In this document: positions 8,729 through 20,626 of the stretch, piece by piece
Layout of the letters: each line of letters starts with the position of its first letter
Numbering within the stretch: position 1 is the first letter of the stretch
Assembly: GCF_001447785.1 (NCBI RefSeq)
Contig: NW_015167083.1
Span: forward strand, 536,873 to 600,872
Direction of reading: 5' to 3'
Source: Gekko japonicus
Taxonomy: Eukaryota
DNA length: 64,000 nt
Position numbers and translations under genes: made by a program
The notes under the pieces: model-generated
The model's input: the letters and a program-made list of their open reading frames with translations, nothing else
Told to the model about the DNA's origin: nothing
Databases searched by the model: none

Positions 8729-11700
8729 CTCAAGGACTAGTGAGGCTGATGTATTCTGCTGGTTTACAGTTGGCCTGTATTTATCTGACTCAGCTGGTGA
8801 TTCTACCGAAGCTCTTGTGCAGAACAGGGAAAATGCTTGGGCACTTGACACTTCTCATAGGTATTGCCTCCCTCTTGCATGAGCTTAAATATCTCCTAGA
8901 AATGTGAAGTGTTTTTGTTTTCAGTTTTTGTTTTTTTTCTGCTTTTCATACTGTATTCATTTTTTATTGTATTGATTATTAATCCATTGGCTTCCCTATT
9001 ACTAGGGGAAAGAAGAGGGGCATTATTTCACTGGAATTATTGTGTGGACCACTTTCATTGAGATTATCACCTGTGCAGTTAAATCAGCAAGTAGTAAAGG
9101 TAGGATCAAAACCTAGGAGAAAATGGTATATCCTTATTACAATCAACACACACACCCTTTGAAATAGACAGGCTAGTTTCTCTTTTGGAACTTTCCAATC
9201 AAATGTGCATGGCGTTCTCTTTTTTTAATCTGCCTTTGACTCTGCTCATTAAGAAAGGAAATAGATAATGATTTTTTTGATGCAGAGAGAAGAAATGTTT
9301 CTTCTCTTTGCAAATTAATTCTTACTAGCATCATTTAAGCCAACTATAAAATGTGGTGGCTTGACTATTCATTAAAAAAGACAAGAACACAAGCCTCCTG
9401 GAAACCCGGCCAAGCACCATTTGCTGAAACACTACTGGGAACCTCACATATATTTCTAGTGATTCTCAGAAGGAATGTACCAGGCAAAGTCCAGCTGAAT
9501 TTTGTAAAAAGGAAGCAAGAGAAAGAATTAGTAAAATAAGATAAATGTACTGCCTAATCCTACATCTTATTTAACTGGTAAACGTGCTTAGGATAAGGGC
9601 ACAATGATATTATTATTTTTTTGCCAGTACAACTGGGGGCAGGTGTCATGTTGGCACTGAATACTAGTGCAGGACACCATGACAGCACAACAGTGGGAAT
9701 TTCTGTTGCTGTGGGAACAGCTACCGACACCAAGTATGCTGTAAAAGTACAGGATAAAACCTGAGATCAAGGCAGGCAAATGAGGAGAGGGGGCTTGATT
9801 TGGTGTGTCCTAAAAAACAGTTTGGCCATTAAGGAACCGGATACCTTGATGCAACCCTGATGGATTGGGATAGCAGGATAGGCTTCTCATGTTTGGGTGC
9901 AGTTTAAACTACGCCGATATACCCATAGCGTGCATTCTTGAAGATGTTTGCATCAGTCTAGCTAAGGGTGTACATATGTGGAAGCAGCCATGGTAGTCAT
10001 CTGTAAGCTGTGTGGAGCACAGTCAGATAACCCATGTTTTCAAATTCCAGTAGAGGAGCAGGAGGCTAGGTTTAGCATTCCTGTATTAGTGTTTCCACTT
10101 CATTGGTGTAATTGTTGATTACCAATCCTGGCTACTACCTTTCAGGCCTACAGAGCCAGATAAGTCAAGTGATTTGTTGTCATATTACATTTGAGTTGGG
10201 CAGAGTGAGAGTGGGTCAAAGTGAGCCTTTGTCTCTGAGCTCCCATGGTGGCTCTTGGCAGACCTAACTGGAGTTGTTGACGAACAAGCCAGTAGTTATG
10301 ATGTGATAAACCTTGTATACAACAGCAGTAATGCTGGTGAATGCCATTGAATTAATACTCCAAGTGTTTTATGTTTCAAGTTCGGGGAAATAGCCATCTA
10401 TTTATATCATATTACTTTATTCTTTTTGCTGTTGTACAGCTGAAAGGAAAGGGGGGAGGGACACTTGTCACAGAGCTGCTCTAAAATTTTCAAATCGCTG
10501 ACTTCCAACTGTGACAAGCTTAGCACAGCTATTAGTCCGGCTGGTGGAAGGTTCTCTTTTTGACTTACTTACTAAACCTGCTTTCAATACTCCCCATGGG
10601 TTCTAGTTCAAGGACTGGCTGAGTGAACAAACAGCAAGTTCAGTTACCAGATTTAATCTGTCAGGCGCAAACAGCTGTCAGATCCATCTGTGGGACATTC
10701 TCAAGGGGTGCAGACATCAAAAGCCCCAAGATTCCTCGTGAAACTCTCTTGTATTTCCCAAAATGCGTGAGGACTGCAGCATAAAGGAAGGTGACTGGCA
10801 ATATGGAGGAATGTTTGCATCTCAAAATAAATAGAGACTTTCGGTTTGTACAAATGCAAATGAAAACGTCAGCCGCGTCTGGTGTCACTAGGGTTGTAAC
10901 ATACCTTCCACAAGGACATTTGTTGTCACTCTTTCTTTGATCATCCCCGACGTTTCAGTAACAGAGACAGCCAAGTTGTCACTGAGTTAGTCTTTACATG
11001 GTGCAGGAATGAAAATTTATTCGCTGTGTCGTTTCCCACAGATCCTTCAACTGCTTGCTGAACTTTGAAAACCCTCTCCCTGGTGCTTCTGCCGCATGAC
11101 TGAGTTTCCTCTTTTTAAGTTTTACAACATATGTATTTGTACACATTAACAATGATTTAGAAAATTGAATTCAAATGAACAAATATTTACTTAACCCCTG
11201 TGTCTTCAAATACCAAAAGGTTTAAGAGAATTTGCTAATCTGTGCCACTAACATTTTCTTCTGTGGCCTGAAAGTAACACAAAAGCTATAAACAAAGAAA
11301 GGATGTATCTAAACTGTAAGGGATGATCCAATGGCCTGATGCTATTCCTATGTGCTCATTATGCTATGGACAAATAGGAGCTGTCCCACTCATTTCAGTG
11401 TCAGTGACTGATTGAGGATTTTTCACTGAAGTTTCTGTAGAGCACTGTATGGTTGTAACATTGCCCTGGTTGCACATTGGAGCTTTGGGCTTCCATTCTC
11501 AACTTGTTTTCTCTGGAATAATTCATATGTCATTTATACAAATTAATTTGCCTAGCTAGAATACTTAGTTATGGGATTATGGTTATAACAAGTGGTGGTA
11601 TTGCAGACAGTCTACAATGACTTTTATCTACAGACAAAAGGAGTCACAATGGGATGTGCAGCTGCACCATCAATTGCAAATTTGTATATGGCAGAACTTG

Positions 11701-12914
11701 AGGAAACCTTTATATTACAACCTGAACAAAATAATTTTTCTTTAATATAGAAAAGTACTATCACTTTTTGGATGATATTTTCATCATATATAAGGACAAA
11801 ACCTCAGTGGAACAATTTTGTACTTGGTCTAATAACGTGGATGCTAATATTAAGCTCACTTGGAATTATAGCATCCAACAGGTTGAGTTCCTGGATGTGA
11901 CTGTCTTTAAAACCTCTTCTTTATTTTTGGCCACTAGGACTTTCAAAAAACCAACTGATAGAAATACATTAGTCAGCTTCAGTTCTTTCCACCCGGCACA
12001 TTTGAGACATAATATTCCCTTTTCACAATTGTTAAGAATAAAGAGAAATTCAACCAGGGAAAGTGATTATTTACAGGATTCTGAACAACTTCTCTATGCC
12101 TTTAGGAATAGGGGCTATCCCTCAAATGTACTATTTAGAGCTAAGGAAAGGGTGGAACTACATGAAATAAAATCCTTATTTGAGAAACCAGTTGTTTCCC
12201 CCCCATCATCAGGTGTTACATGGGCAATGGATTATACTCCTCTTTCCTTCTCTATCGAAAGGATTATTACCAAATATAAGGGAGGATATACAGGTTAGGA
12301 CTCAGTCTGTAGGACATAGACGTTGTTTGAAATGTAAAGCCTGCAAGGTAATGTGGGAAAGTGACAATTTCATCTTAAATGGCATAACTGTGTATAGTAA
12401 TGCAAGTTCTACTTGTGAAAGTGCCTTTGTTGTGTATTTTATCCAGTGTGATTGTTTAAAGCTATACATTGGAAGTATCACCAGATCATTGCATGTAAGA
12501 ATTATGGAACACATTACAAGAAATAAACAAGGGAGGCACCACTTACAGAGCATTTTGCCTCTCAAAACCACAAAGCAGATCAGTTTAGATGTGGTGTGCT
12601 CTTTGTTGCAGACTCAAAATGCCCATTGGCTATGAAGGAATTACTTCGCCAGGAACACAGGTGGATCTTTAAATTAAACACCTTGGTCCCTAATGGTTTA
12701 AAAAGTGATTTTGATTTAAGTTGTTTCTTATAAAATTCTGTAAACAAGTAGGTTATTTCAGGTCAGTTTTCCTTCCTTTGGTTTACCCACCAGTTTATTA
12801 GAAACTTCATTCTTAGAAATATAAAAATATAAAATAGTACTGATGTAAGTTGTGTCAGAATATTGTGGCTCCAGATTGTCAGTACATACTTAATGGCATA
12901 TGTTGTGTGTTAAT

Positions 12915-12969
12915 CACCACCACTATGGCAGAAGCCTAATCGGCAGAAAGAGAACCTATCAGTGGAGTG
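12915..12969 (+). ncRNA. Second, more degenerate hammerhead-like motif
   Basis: ccact / agtgg stem I; atggcaga in place of CTGANGA; gcc-taatc-ggc stem II; GAAA; TC before stem I'. Confidence 0.4.
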
Positions 12970-13881
12970 AATGGAAAACTAGTGAAGGAGAATTCTTGAA
13001 ACTCTATTTCAGTGAGTATGTATGTACTGACAACTGGGGATAACAGTTAATATGTTGTAATATAGTAAATANNNNNNNNNNNNNNNNNNNNNNNNNNNNN
13101 NNNNNNNNNNNNNNNNNNNNNNNNNNNNNNNNNNNNNNNNNNNNNNNNNNNNNNNNNNNNNNNNNNNNNNNNNNNNNNNNNNNNNNNNNNNNNNNNNNNN
13201 NNNNNNNNNNNNNNNNNNNNNNNNNNNNNNNNNNNNNNNNNNNNNNNNNNNNNNNNNNNNNNNNNNNNNNNNNNNNNNNNNNNNNNNNNNNNNNNNNNNN
13301 NNNNNNNNNNNNNNNNNNNNNNNNNNNNNNNNNNNNNNNNNNNNNNNNNNNNNNNNNNNNNNNNNNNNNNNNNNNNNNNNNNNNNNNNNNNNNNNNNNNN
13401 NNNNNNNNNNNNNNNNNNNNNNNNNNNNNNNNNNNNNNNNNNNNNNNNNNNNNNNNNNNNNNNNNNNNNNNNNNNNNNNNNNNNNNNNNNNNNNNNNNNN
13501 NNNNNNNNNNNNNNNNNNNNNNNNNNNNNNNNNNNNNNNNNNNNNNNNNNNNNNNNNNNNNNNNNNNNNNNNNNNNNNNNNNNNNNNNNNNNNNNNNNNN
13601 NNNNNNNNNNNNNNNNNNNNNNNNNNNNNNNNNNNNNNNNNNNNNNNNNNNNNNNNNNNNNNNNNNNNNNNNNNNNNNNNNNNNNNNNNNNNNNNNNNNN
13701 NNNNNNNNNNNNNNNNNNNNNNNNNNNNNNNNNNNNNNNNNNNNNNNNNNNNNNNNNNNNNNNNNNNNNNNNNNNNNNNNNNNNNNNNNNNNNNNNNNNN
13801 NNNNNNNNNNNNNNNNNNNNNNNNNNNNNNNNNNNNNNNNNNNNNNNNNNNNNNNNNNNNNNNNNNNNGTTCACAGCTAAA

Positions 13882-13949
13882 GAGTACCAGCTATCTGAAG
13901 AAGCGTAACGTGAACGCGGCAGTGAAGCCAGCCATGTATAGCTGTACTC
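13882..13949 (+). ncRNA. Type I hammerhead ribozyme motif (decayed) in the Penelope 3' region
   Basis: Stem I gagta-c-cagcta / tagctg-tactc; core CTGAAGA (13895-13901); stem II gcg-taa-cgt; GAA(A); stem III acgcggc / gccatgt (consistent with CpG decay); cleavage triplet GTA. Confidence 0.7.
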
Positions 13950-14892
13950 ACATATGACGTGGAACTATTGCACTTCTGAAGTTTTTTATACAAAGGAATT
14001 GTGGACTCTAATTGTATTCTCCCTTTGTATCAAGTACTTTTTATTCCTAGCTCTGTTATATATAAGGTTCTTTGACAAAGATTTCAAATTGTTTGAATTG
14101 TTTCATACAATATAATTTTTCTGCTTTTGTTCTTAATTCATTCACGGAGTGTCTTTATATTTATACAATCTCCTCCCGTGAGCTCTCATTTTTGATATAC
14201 AACCCCTGGAGAAAATGGCTGCTTTGAAGGGTGAACTCTATAGCACTGTACCATGATGAGGCCCCTCCCCAAACCCCACCCTCTCCTTGATCCACCCCCA
14301 AAGTCTCCAGGTATTTTCCAACCCAGACCTGGCAGCCCTTAGGAACAAACTTCAATGGATTGCAATAAATATGCAATTAACTTCTTTTTATCCTCTCCCT
14401 TTTATATTGGGGAGCTCAGAACCATTGCTTCTGTTCCCAAACAGCTTGAGAGGTGGAAGGGCGATCTCTTTCTCCTCTCCCTTTTGCAATGTAGAGATCA
14501 AAAGCAGAGCTTCTCTCCCTGCCTGCTTGAAGTGGAGGGAGGGTAAACAAGGTCTTTCTTCTCTTGGTTTTGTAACTTCACTTCATTCTGAGGGGATTAG
14601 ATTAGAATCCAGCTCCTAGCTGATCTCTTGATCAGCTGTGAGATGGCTTCTGACCAACAGGCAGCTAGTTTTTCCATGCAATCCAAATATATTCTTGATA
14701 GACCTCATTGTCTGATTGTGTGTGAAACGGGGTAAATCTGATTGCCAAACAAGTTGCTGAAAAATTTATGACACCCCTATTTATAACTAATCGATTGTAG
14801 CAGATAGTCCTTCCATATAACTTTACATAAGATGGCTACTTTTCATTCTGTTCATACAGAAGGATGCCCCAATGATAGAGCACAAGAACAAA

Positions 14893-15048
14893 CATAAGAA
14901 CATAAGAGAAGCCAATGCTAGATCAGGCCAATGGCCCATCTAGTCCAACACTCTGTCACACACTGGCCAAAAATACCAGGTGCCATCAGGAGGTCCACCA
15001 GTGGGGCCAGGTCACTAGAAGCCCTCCCACTGTTACACCTCCCAGTAC
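14893..15048 (-). mobile_element. CR1 LINE 3' end fragment
   Basis: aacataagaacataagagaagcc...gatcaggccaatggcccatctagtcc is the reverse complement of the reptile CR1 tail (ttcttatg)n. Confidence 0.75.
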
Positions 15049-15068
15049 CATAGAGAGTTGCCTGTACA

Positions 15069-15227
15069 GGAGGAGAACTGGTTAAGAAATATGCAGGAGG
15101 TTGTAGCACTGTTGGAAGCCAGGTAGGGGGGGGAAGGGAGGTGGGTAGGATGTAATGGGCATAAATGTAAAATTAATGTTGGTTATGATTGATTATATCC
15201 TGAATAAAAAAAGTTTGTTAAAAAAAG
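15069..15227 (+). mobile_element. 5'-truncated L1-type retroinsertion (3' UTR plus poly(A))
   Basis: Perfect 17-bp TSD agagagttgcctgtaca at 15052-15068 and 15228-15244. G-rich tract, AATAAA and A-tail. Confidence 0.8.
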
Positions 15228-15371
15228 AGAGAGTTGCCTGTACAAATGTATAGTCTTATAAACATGCAGTGGGACTTCTACAGATATTTATGTACTAGAG
15301 ATCTCAGCACCACATTGTAGGAGGCTTCAAGAAAGTTGTAAAATTCTGTAATGATGCAATAATAAAGGAGC

Positions 15372-15575
15372 ATTTATACTCCATCTTTCTCCCCAGTGGT
15401 GACCCAAAGCAGCTTAGCATTGTTCTCTCGCCCATTTTATCCTCACAACAACCCTGTGAGGTAAATTAGGCTGAGGGTGTGTGATTGACCCAAGGTCACC
15501 CAGCAAGCTTTCATTGCAGAGTGGGGATTTGAACCTGAATCTAGTACTCTAGCTAATACACTATGCTTCCTCTCA
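15372..15575 (-). mobile_element. Older MIR/Squam3-like SINE
   Basis: cattttatcctcacaacaaccctgtgaggt...cccaaggtcacccagcaagct...ggggatttgaacc CORE sequence. Confidence 0.75.
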
Positions 15576-15764
15576 GTTAATTAATAGCAGTTAAGAAAAA
15601 GCTTGAAGAGTGCAGCTCTGTCGATGTCATGTGGAAGTATATGCCACTGATATCAGTGGAACAATTTAAGTAATATACCAGAGAATAGATATGTACAAAT
15701 AACTTTGCAAATGCAGTCCTCACTCACATAGAATCTTATCAGAGAAAGTTCTGGAAAATTAAAA

Positions 15765-15942
15765 AGGAGACTTGTGTCACCTTTAATAGATTTTTTTGAG
15801 TGCATAGGCTTTTATACATTAGAGCCCTGCTCAGTTACCTATCCAAAAGTTCATGGCACAATAGATACATTAATCTTAAGGTATCCCTAAATTCTGTGTT
15901 GATGTTTTTCTGAAAGAGATTAATATGGCTATGCTTCTGGAA
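15765..15942. mobile_element. Decayed Penelope (Neptune) pseudo-LTR remnant
   Basis: aaaagttcatggcacaatag...taatcttaaggt...gattaatatggcta..tctggaa resembles reptile Neptune pLTR ends, preceded by an inverted partial copy. Confidence 0.4.
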
Positions 15943-18471
15943 TTTGTCATCATGGAAAACTGCAGCAGCTATTTTTATAAGTAGGGTGTATTGGAAACCA
16001 GAAATCCCTTTTCATGAAGGGGGGGGGGACCTTGCAGCAATTTTTTACACATACTATGCATAGTTTTTGTTATGCAGCTCATGCAAGTAGATCACTCACT
16101 CACGTATCACCCAGTTGAGATAATACATTTTATTAACCATCTCTAAGTAGGAGCATGACACCAATTAATTTAGCTAAGTAATGAATTGTTTGGTATCAAA
16201 ATTTTCACTAACTATGGAGCCGGTTCTGCCATTTGACCTACTTAATAACCAAAATGTAATTCTGTCCTATTTCCGTAGCTCTGCAAAATTGCAAGTGCTT
16301 TAACTAGTTGGAATAATTTACTGAGTAACCAGGTAGTGAGTCCAATGCTGAAAAAGACAATCATGTCTAAGTCAAAAGGCACTGAATGTGATTACAGAGA
16401 GTCTTGTATCGCCAAATGGATTTCTGATCTGGTCTTGTTAAACAGCATGTTAACCAAACATTAGATCATCCATACATTCTCCATTTGTTTGCATTTTGGT
16501 TACAGACTTGAAAGCCAATGACAGCACTATTCAAGCAAGAACATTGCTGCTCGTTATTTTTGGCTCACTTTGCAAGATTTCATTCCCCTTCTCTCATCTG
16601 TCTTTAACCAACACAAATAAAAAGACACGCTAATATTTATGTTCCACAATACCTCCCCCCAATACTGACCAAACTGAAAAAAAAGCCCAACTGCCCCCAT
16701 GTAGACAATTTATAGAGCTCAACAGATGTCCAAAACAGCTGACAGGACGTGAACAGTTTTAACAGTAACAAAGTAACAACAAGTGGAGCAAAAATTTTCC
16801 CTGCCGCTGTCTGTGCTCCGCCAGTGAGTTCAGGGAGTTAACAGCAAAACTGCCGCATATATTTAAACTTTGCGCTGAGGGTCATGTAAACATTCCTTTC
16901 CCAGACACTCTGCTAAGAATGTAGAATCTTCCTGACCCTGCTATGTCTTCCCTATAAGGTTTACCATAATGCTGTGACATAGCTACACTTTGTATCTGTC
17001 AAAGACAGGAAAAAATATGAGCAGAGATGCCACCTTGCCATTTAAGGAAACCAGCCTGCTTTTATCAGTGAAATCACCCCTTATCTGGAAAGCTTTTTCT
17101 TTTCATTATGTCAGCTATCCTTTTAATAAGTCACATATCCTTGTTTTTGAAAATTCCAAGCTATTTTTTTAAAATCCCCATATTTAAATATGAGGATTGT
17201 CATGAGAGTTACGTGGGAGCAGAAATGTCTCATAAGGATAGTAAGGAACATTCTGGGAAAACCAGTAAATTCAGCAGTAGCTTTGCATTGTCTGAACACG
17301 CCAAAGGCATTTGTTTTTTGGGTTTTTTTGTTTGTTTGTTTTGTTTCTTTGAGATTGGGAATAAGGGAAAGAAAATGAAATGGAAATTATGGTTTAAAAT
17401 TCCAGTCATTGTTTTGTTCCTGAAAAGATATGTCATTGTCGGGCACTTCATCCGTCAAGCTGTAGCCTCGCTGTAGAAGGCAATGGGCCTCTGGGAGATT
17501 TCATCCTGTAGGGGTGGGGGGGATTGTTTGGTTTTTTTCCCTCCTCACCCTTTCCAGGGTGCAGCAGGTGTGAAGTCATCACAACTCTACCATAGCAATA
17601 AAGACATACTATTGTCATCCAATTGCATGTTATTGGGGAAGTCACTGGTTTCAAGCTTTGTCCTTTCCCCAGGCAGGCTGCATGTCCCTGCCAGGTCTCT
17701 TTTAGAACAGACCACCAAAAAAAAGAAGAAGAAGAAGACATCAAACACTCAGCTGGATTCCAACCACATTCCACTCCTCTGTCCTCCCAGACTGGACCTG
17801 AAAAGCAAGTCCTCTCTTATTTCAGTTCTGACAAATGCTGAACAATGGGGTGGCTGTTGTCAAAGCCCTTTTCTTCCCCCCTTTTAAGAGCCATATGCAT
17901 TATCTCGGGAATCTCCATTCATATTAAGATAATGCACACTCACTCTTTCCTTGTTTAGATTACAGCTCAGTCTATCCCCAACCGCCTCTCATTTTCTTTT
18001 CTTGCCTGATAATCCGAGGCTTTACCTACTGAGCTACCCCAGAACTAAACAGGCGAAACAGAAAGATAATTGCAGTAAAATGAAGTACGGCAAAGCCCTA
18101 GGCCCAGATGCCTCGCCTTTTTCTTCCTGATGCTAAGCTACACATTTCGGTGGAAGGACCTTTACTGAATGCATCTTTGAATATAACCCTGGATCCAGGA
18201 AGATTTTGTTGTTGTTAAATAAAAGCTTCATCAAGATTATATTATTCCCATTCTAGAAGAGAAGACTGCCAACAATCAGCCTCTTTTTTTAAAAAAAAAC
18301 ACACCTATCTGCTTCATAAATTCTTATAGACTATCTTGCTTAGGAAGGATTCAGACAACTGTTTAGTTTTGATTGTGCAAACAATAGGAATCTCAGGGGG
18401 TTCCCAAGGAAAATATAGAGGTGACTAGTGAATTTTGGAGTTGGCTTAACTATAGTGAGGAGGAGGAGGAG

Positions 18472-18726
18472 GATTTATACCCCGCCCTTCACTTGGAGTC
18501 TCAGAGCGGCTTACAAACTCCTTTCCCTTCCCCTTCCCACAACAGACACCCTGTGAGGTAGGTGGGGCTGAGAGAACTCTGACAGAAATGGCTCTTTTTC
18601 AAGGACAGCTGTGCCAGAGCTCGTGACTGACCCAAGGTCACATCAGCAGGGGCAAGTGGAGGAGTGGGGAATCAAACCTGGTTCTCCCAGATTAGAGTCT
18701 GCACACTTAACCACTACACCAAACTG
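18472..18726 (-). mobile_element. Squam3-like SINE
   Basis: Near-identical to 7916-8155, with a (gga)n tail. Confidence 0.88.
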
Positions 18727-18876
18727 AGGGATATATGAGTCTTATTTATACAGAGAGTGCATGCTGCTGCAGCACATTTGTACTTTGTTCTTGTCTGTAT
18801 GTACATACATAGATGCTGAAAGTGGAATTGGCTGTCTGAGTCCATCCTGAGTGTGAACTAAAATTAGAGAAACTCA

Positions 18877-19402
18877 GGCCCTGGTCACACGGAGAATTTG
18901 CCGCGCAAAAGGCACGAATGTCGGGCAGATTTTTGGGGCGCGATCACACCGCAACATCTGGGAGGCGTAGCGCACCCGTGGCCAACCTGTGGCGTCCCGC
19001 CAAAGATGCGGAGTTAAAAAGTACTGAGGAAAGTGCACTAGTATCCGGAAAACATGTGGCACAGCTGGACGTCTGATCACAGGAGCACTAGTATCCCATG
19101 GCATCCAGCGCCCGTCCACGTCCTGTCACAAACCGGATGTTTTTCATAAGCGCATGCGCACAAACACAAAACTGAAAGCAGTGCTGCTCCACAGAACTGC
19201 GCATGCGCACAAACACAAAATGCTTGTGTGATCACGCTGCACCACTTCTTTGCAACACTGCAGCATTGCCGTGTGATCACCAGCTAACAGCCGAAGCACG
19301 AAGACTTGGAGGACCGTGTGATTGGGCTACCATGCTTTATTTTGCTCCGGGGCGAACAGCCACGCCTCCCTCCCGCGTTATTTGACCCGTGTGACTCGAG
19401 CC
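18877..19402. mobile_element. PIF/Harbinger-like MITE, CpG-rich, copy 1
   Basis: TIR ggccctggtcacacgg / ccgtgtgactcgagcc; 3-bp TSD tca on both sides; ~526 bp. Confidence 0.8.
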
Positions 19403-19589
19403 TCAGTTTAATACCCTTGAAAATCAAGCACCAAGTGACCATAACAATAGCATCTTTAACCATGGTGTTCCATTTTAGTTTGGGGTTTACATGCTCCCAA
19501 CAGGATTTTGTGTTTAACAATTATATACCAAGGAGACCTGGGATATATCATTGTACTGATATCTTCTAAAATGGTGAAAAGGTATTCCA

Positions 19590-20122
19590 GGCCCCGGTCA
19601 CACGGGCAGGAAACCGCAGAGGAGAAGCGTGGCTGTTTGCCCTGGGGCAAACTACTGCGCAGTTACGTGATCAGACCTCCTGTGGAGGTCCTGTGGAGGT
19701 ACCGTGGAGGTTCCATGGCAAGGGAGAGGTGCCGATCACAGGACAAGCCGGCGCACAACGAAGAAGCGTGCGCCACGGCAAACTGTTTTTTATTTTTGTG
19801 TACATGACAAAAGCGCATGCTCCGTTGGGTGCGCATGCGCATCCACAGAGACTTGGACAAAAAAACACCACCTTATTTGCAAGGGGACATGGGCGGGCGC
19901 CGGATGCCACCGGAAACACGATCAGACGCCCGCCCTTGCCCCACAGTTTCCGGAAACTAGTACCTCCAAGGTACTAGTTTTTTGCCATGCAGTTTCGGCT
20001 GGAAGCCTCGGTTGAGCCACGGGAGTGCTACGCTTCCCAGATGTGCTGGTGAGATCGCGCCCAGAAACTCCGGCTGTTTTCTGTCTCACTTGTGTGGCTT
20101 CTGTTACGTGTGACCGCAAGCC
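19590..20122. mobile_element. PIF/Harbinger-like MITE, copy 2, inverted relative to copy 1
   Basis: TIR ggccccggtcacacgg / cgtgtgaccgcaagcc. Carries the reverse complement of the subterminal gggcgcgatc..acatctggga.gcgtagc block. Confidence 0.75.
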
Positions 20123-20534
20123 CCTGAATGGTATCTTAGGTCAATTCTCAGAATGACTAAGTTTCTTACTGCTTTTGTCAACCTGCAGCCTTCCATACAG
20201 GATCATAACCAGGGTTAGTCCACTTGGTTTACTGTCCTGCCTGGAGAACTGATTCCCCTTGCCTACGAATTTTTCAAATTCATGACCTTTTAACTGAATA
20301 GCAAAGATTTTTTGTTTCCAAAAAAAACAGTGATGAGTGGCTCCACTCAAGGGTTATGGTTTCAGACTTCATTCCCCTGACTTACCCTGCTTTGCCCAGC
20401 CACAAGTCCTGCTGCCTCCGGGCAGGGTGGATTTTTCAAGAATACCATTATTAGTACCATGCTTAAGCAATCTTGGGGTGTGTGTGTTGATCTCTCTTTA
20501 ATTATTTTGACCGGGTACATAGAGGGGATAACTT

Positions 20535-20626
20535 ACAGTGCAATCCTAAACCAGTCTACTCAGAATGCTAGTGAAGTGTACTCAGTGGGGCTTACTCCCA
20601 AGAAAGTATTCTTAGGATTGCACTGT
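20535..20626. mobile_element. Short palindromic MITE
   Basis: TIR acagtgcaatcctaa / ttaggattgcactgt. Confidence 0.65.

Larger units (their letters stand above)
11612..14200 (+). mobile_element. Penelope-like element, Neptune type; 5'-truncated, spans an N-gap
   Basis: RT motifs FYLQTKGVTMG.AAAPSIANLYM, DDIFII, VEFLDV, KKPTDRN, HP...NIPFSQLLRIKRN. Then Cys linker RCLKCKAC and GIY-YIG TCES..VVY.I.C.C.KLYIGS..R.L..RIMEH, stop at ~12733, and a 3' region with hammerhead motifs. Confidence 0.9.

Noticed and set aside
9590-10370. Possible ancient minus-strand LINE relic (also 18040-18410, GKALGPD)
   Set aside because: Too decayed to assign family or boundaries.
12835-12890. Third hammerhead candidate (ctgatgt...gaa...gtc)
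   Set aside because: Core and stems too degenerate.
13047-13874. Long X-filled ORFs (also 27736-28374, 45589-45861, 60735-61007)
   Set aside because: Artefacts of assembly N-gaps.
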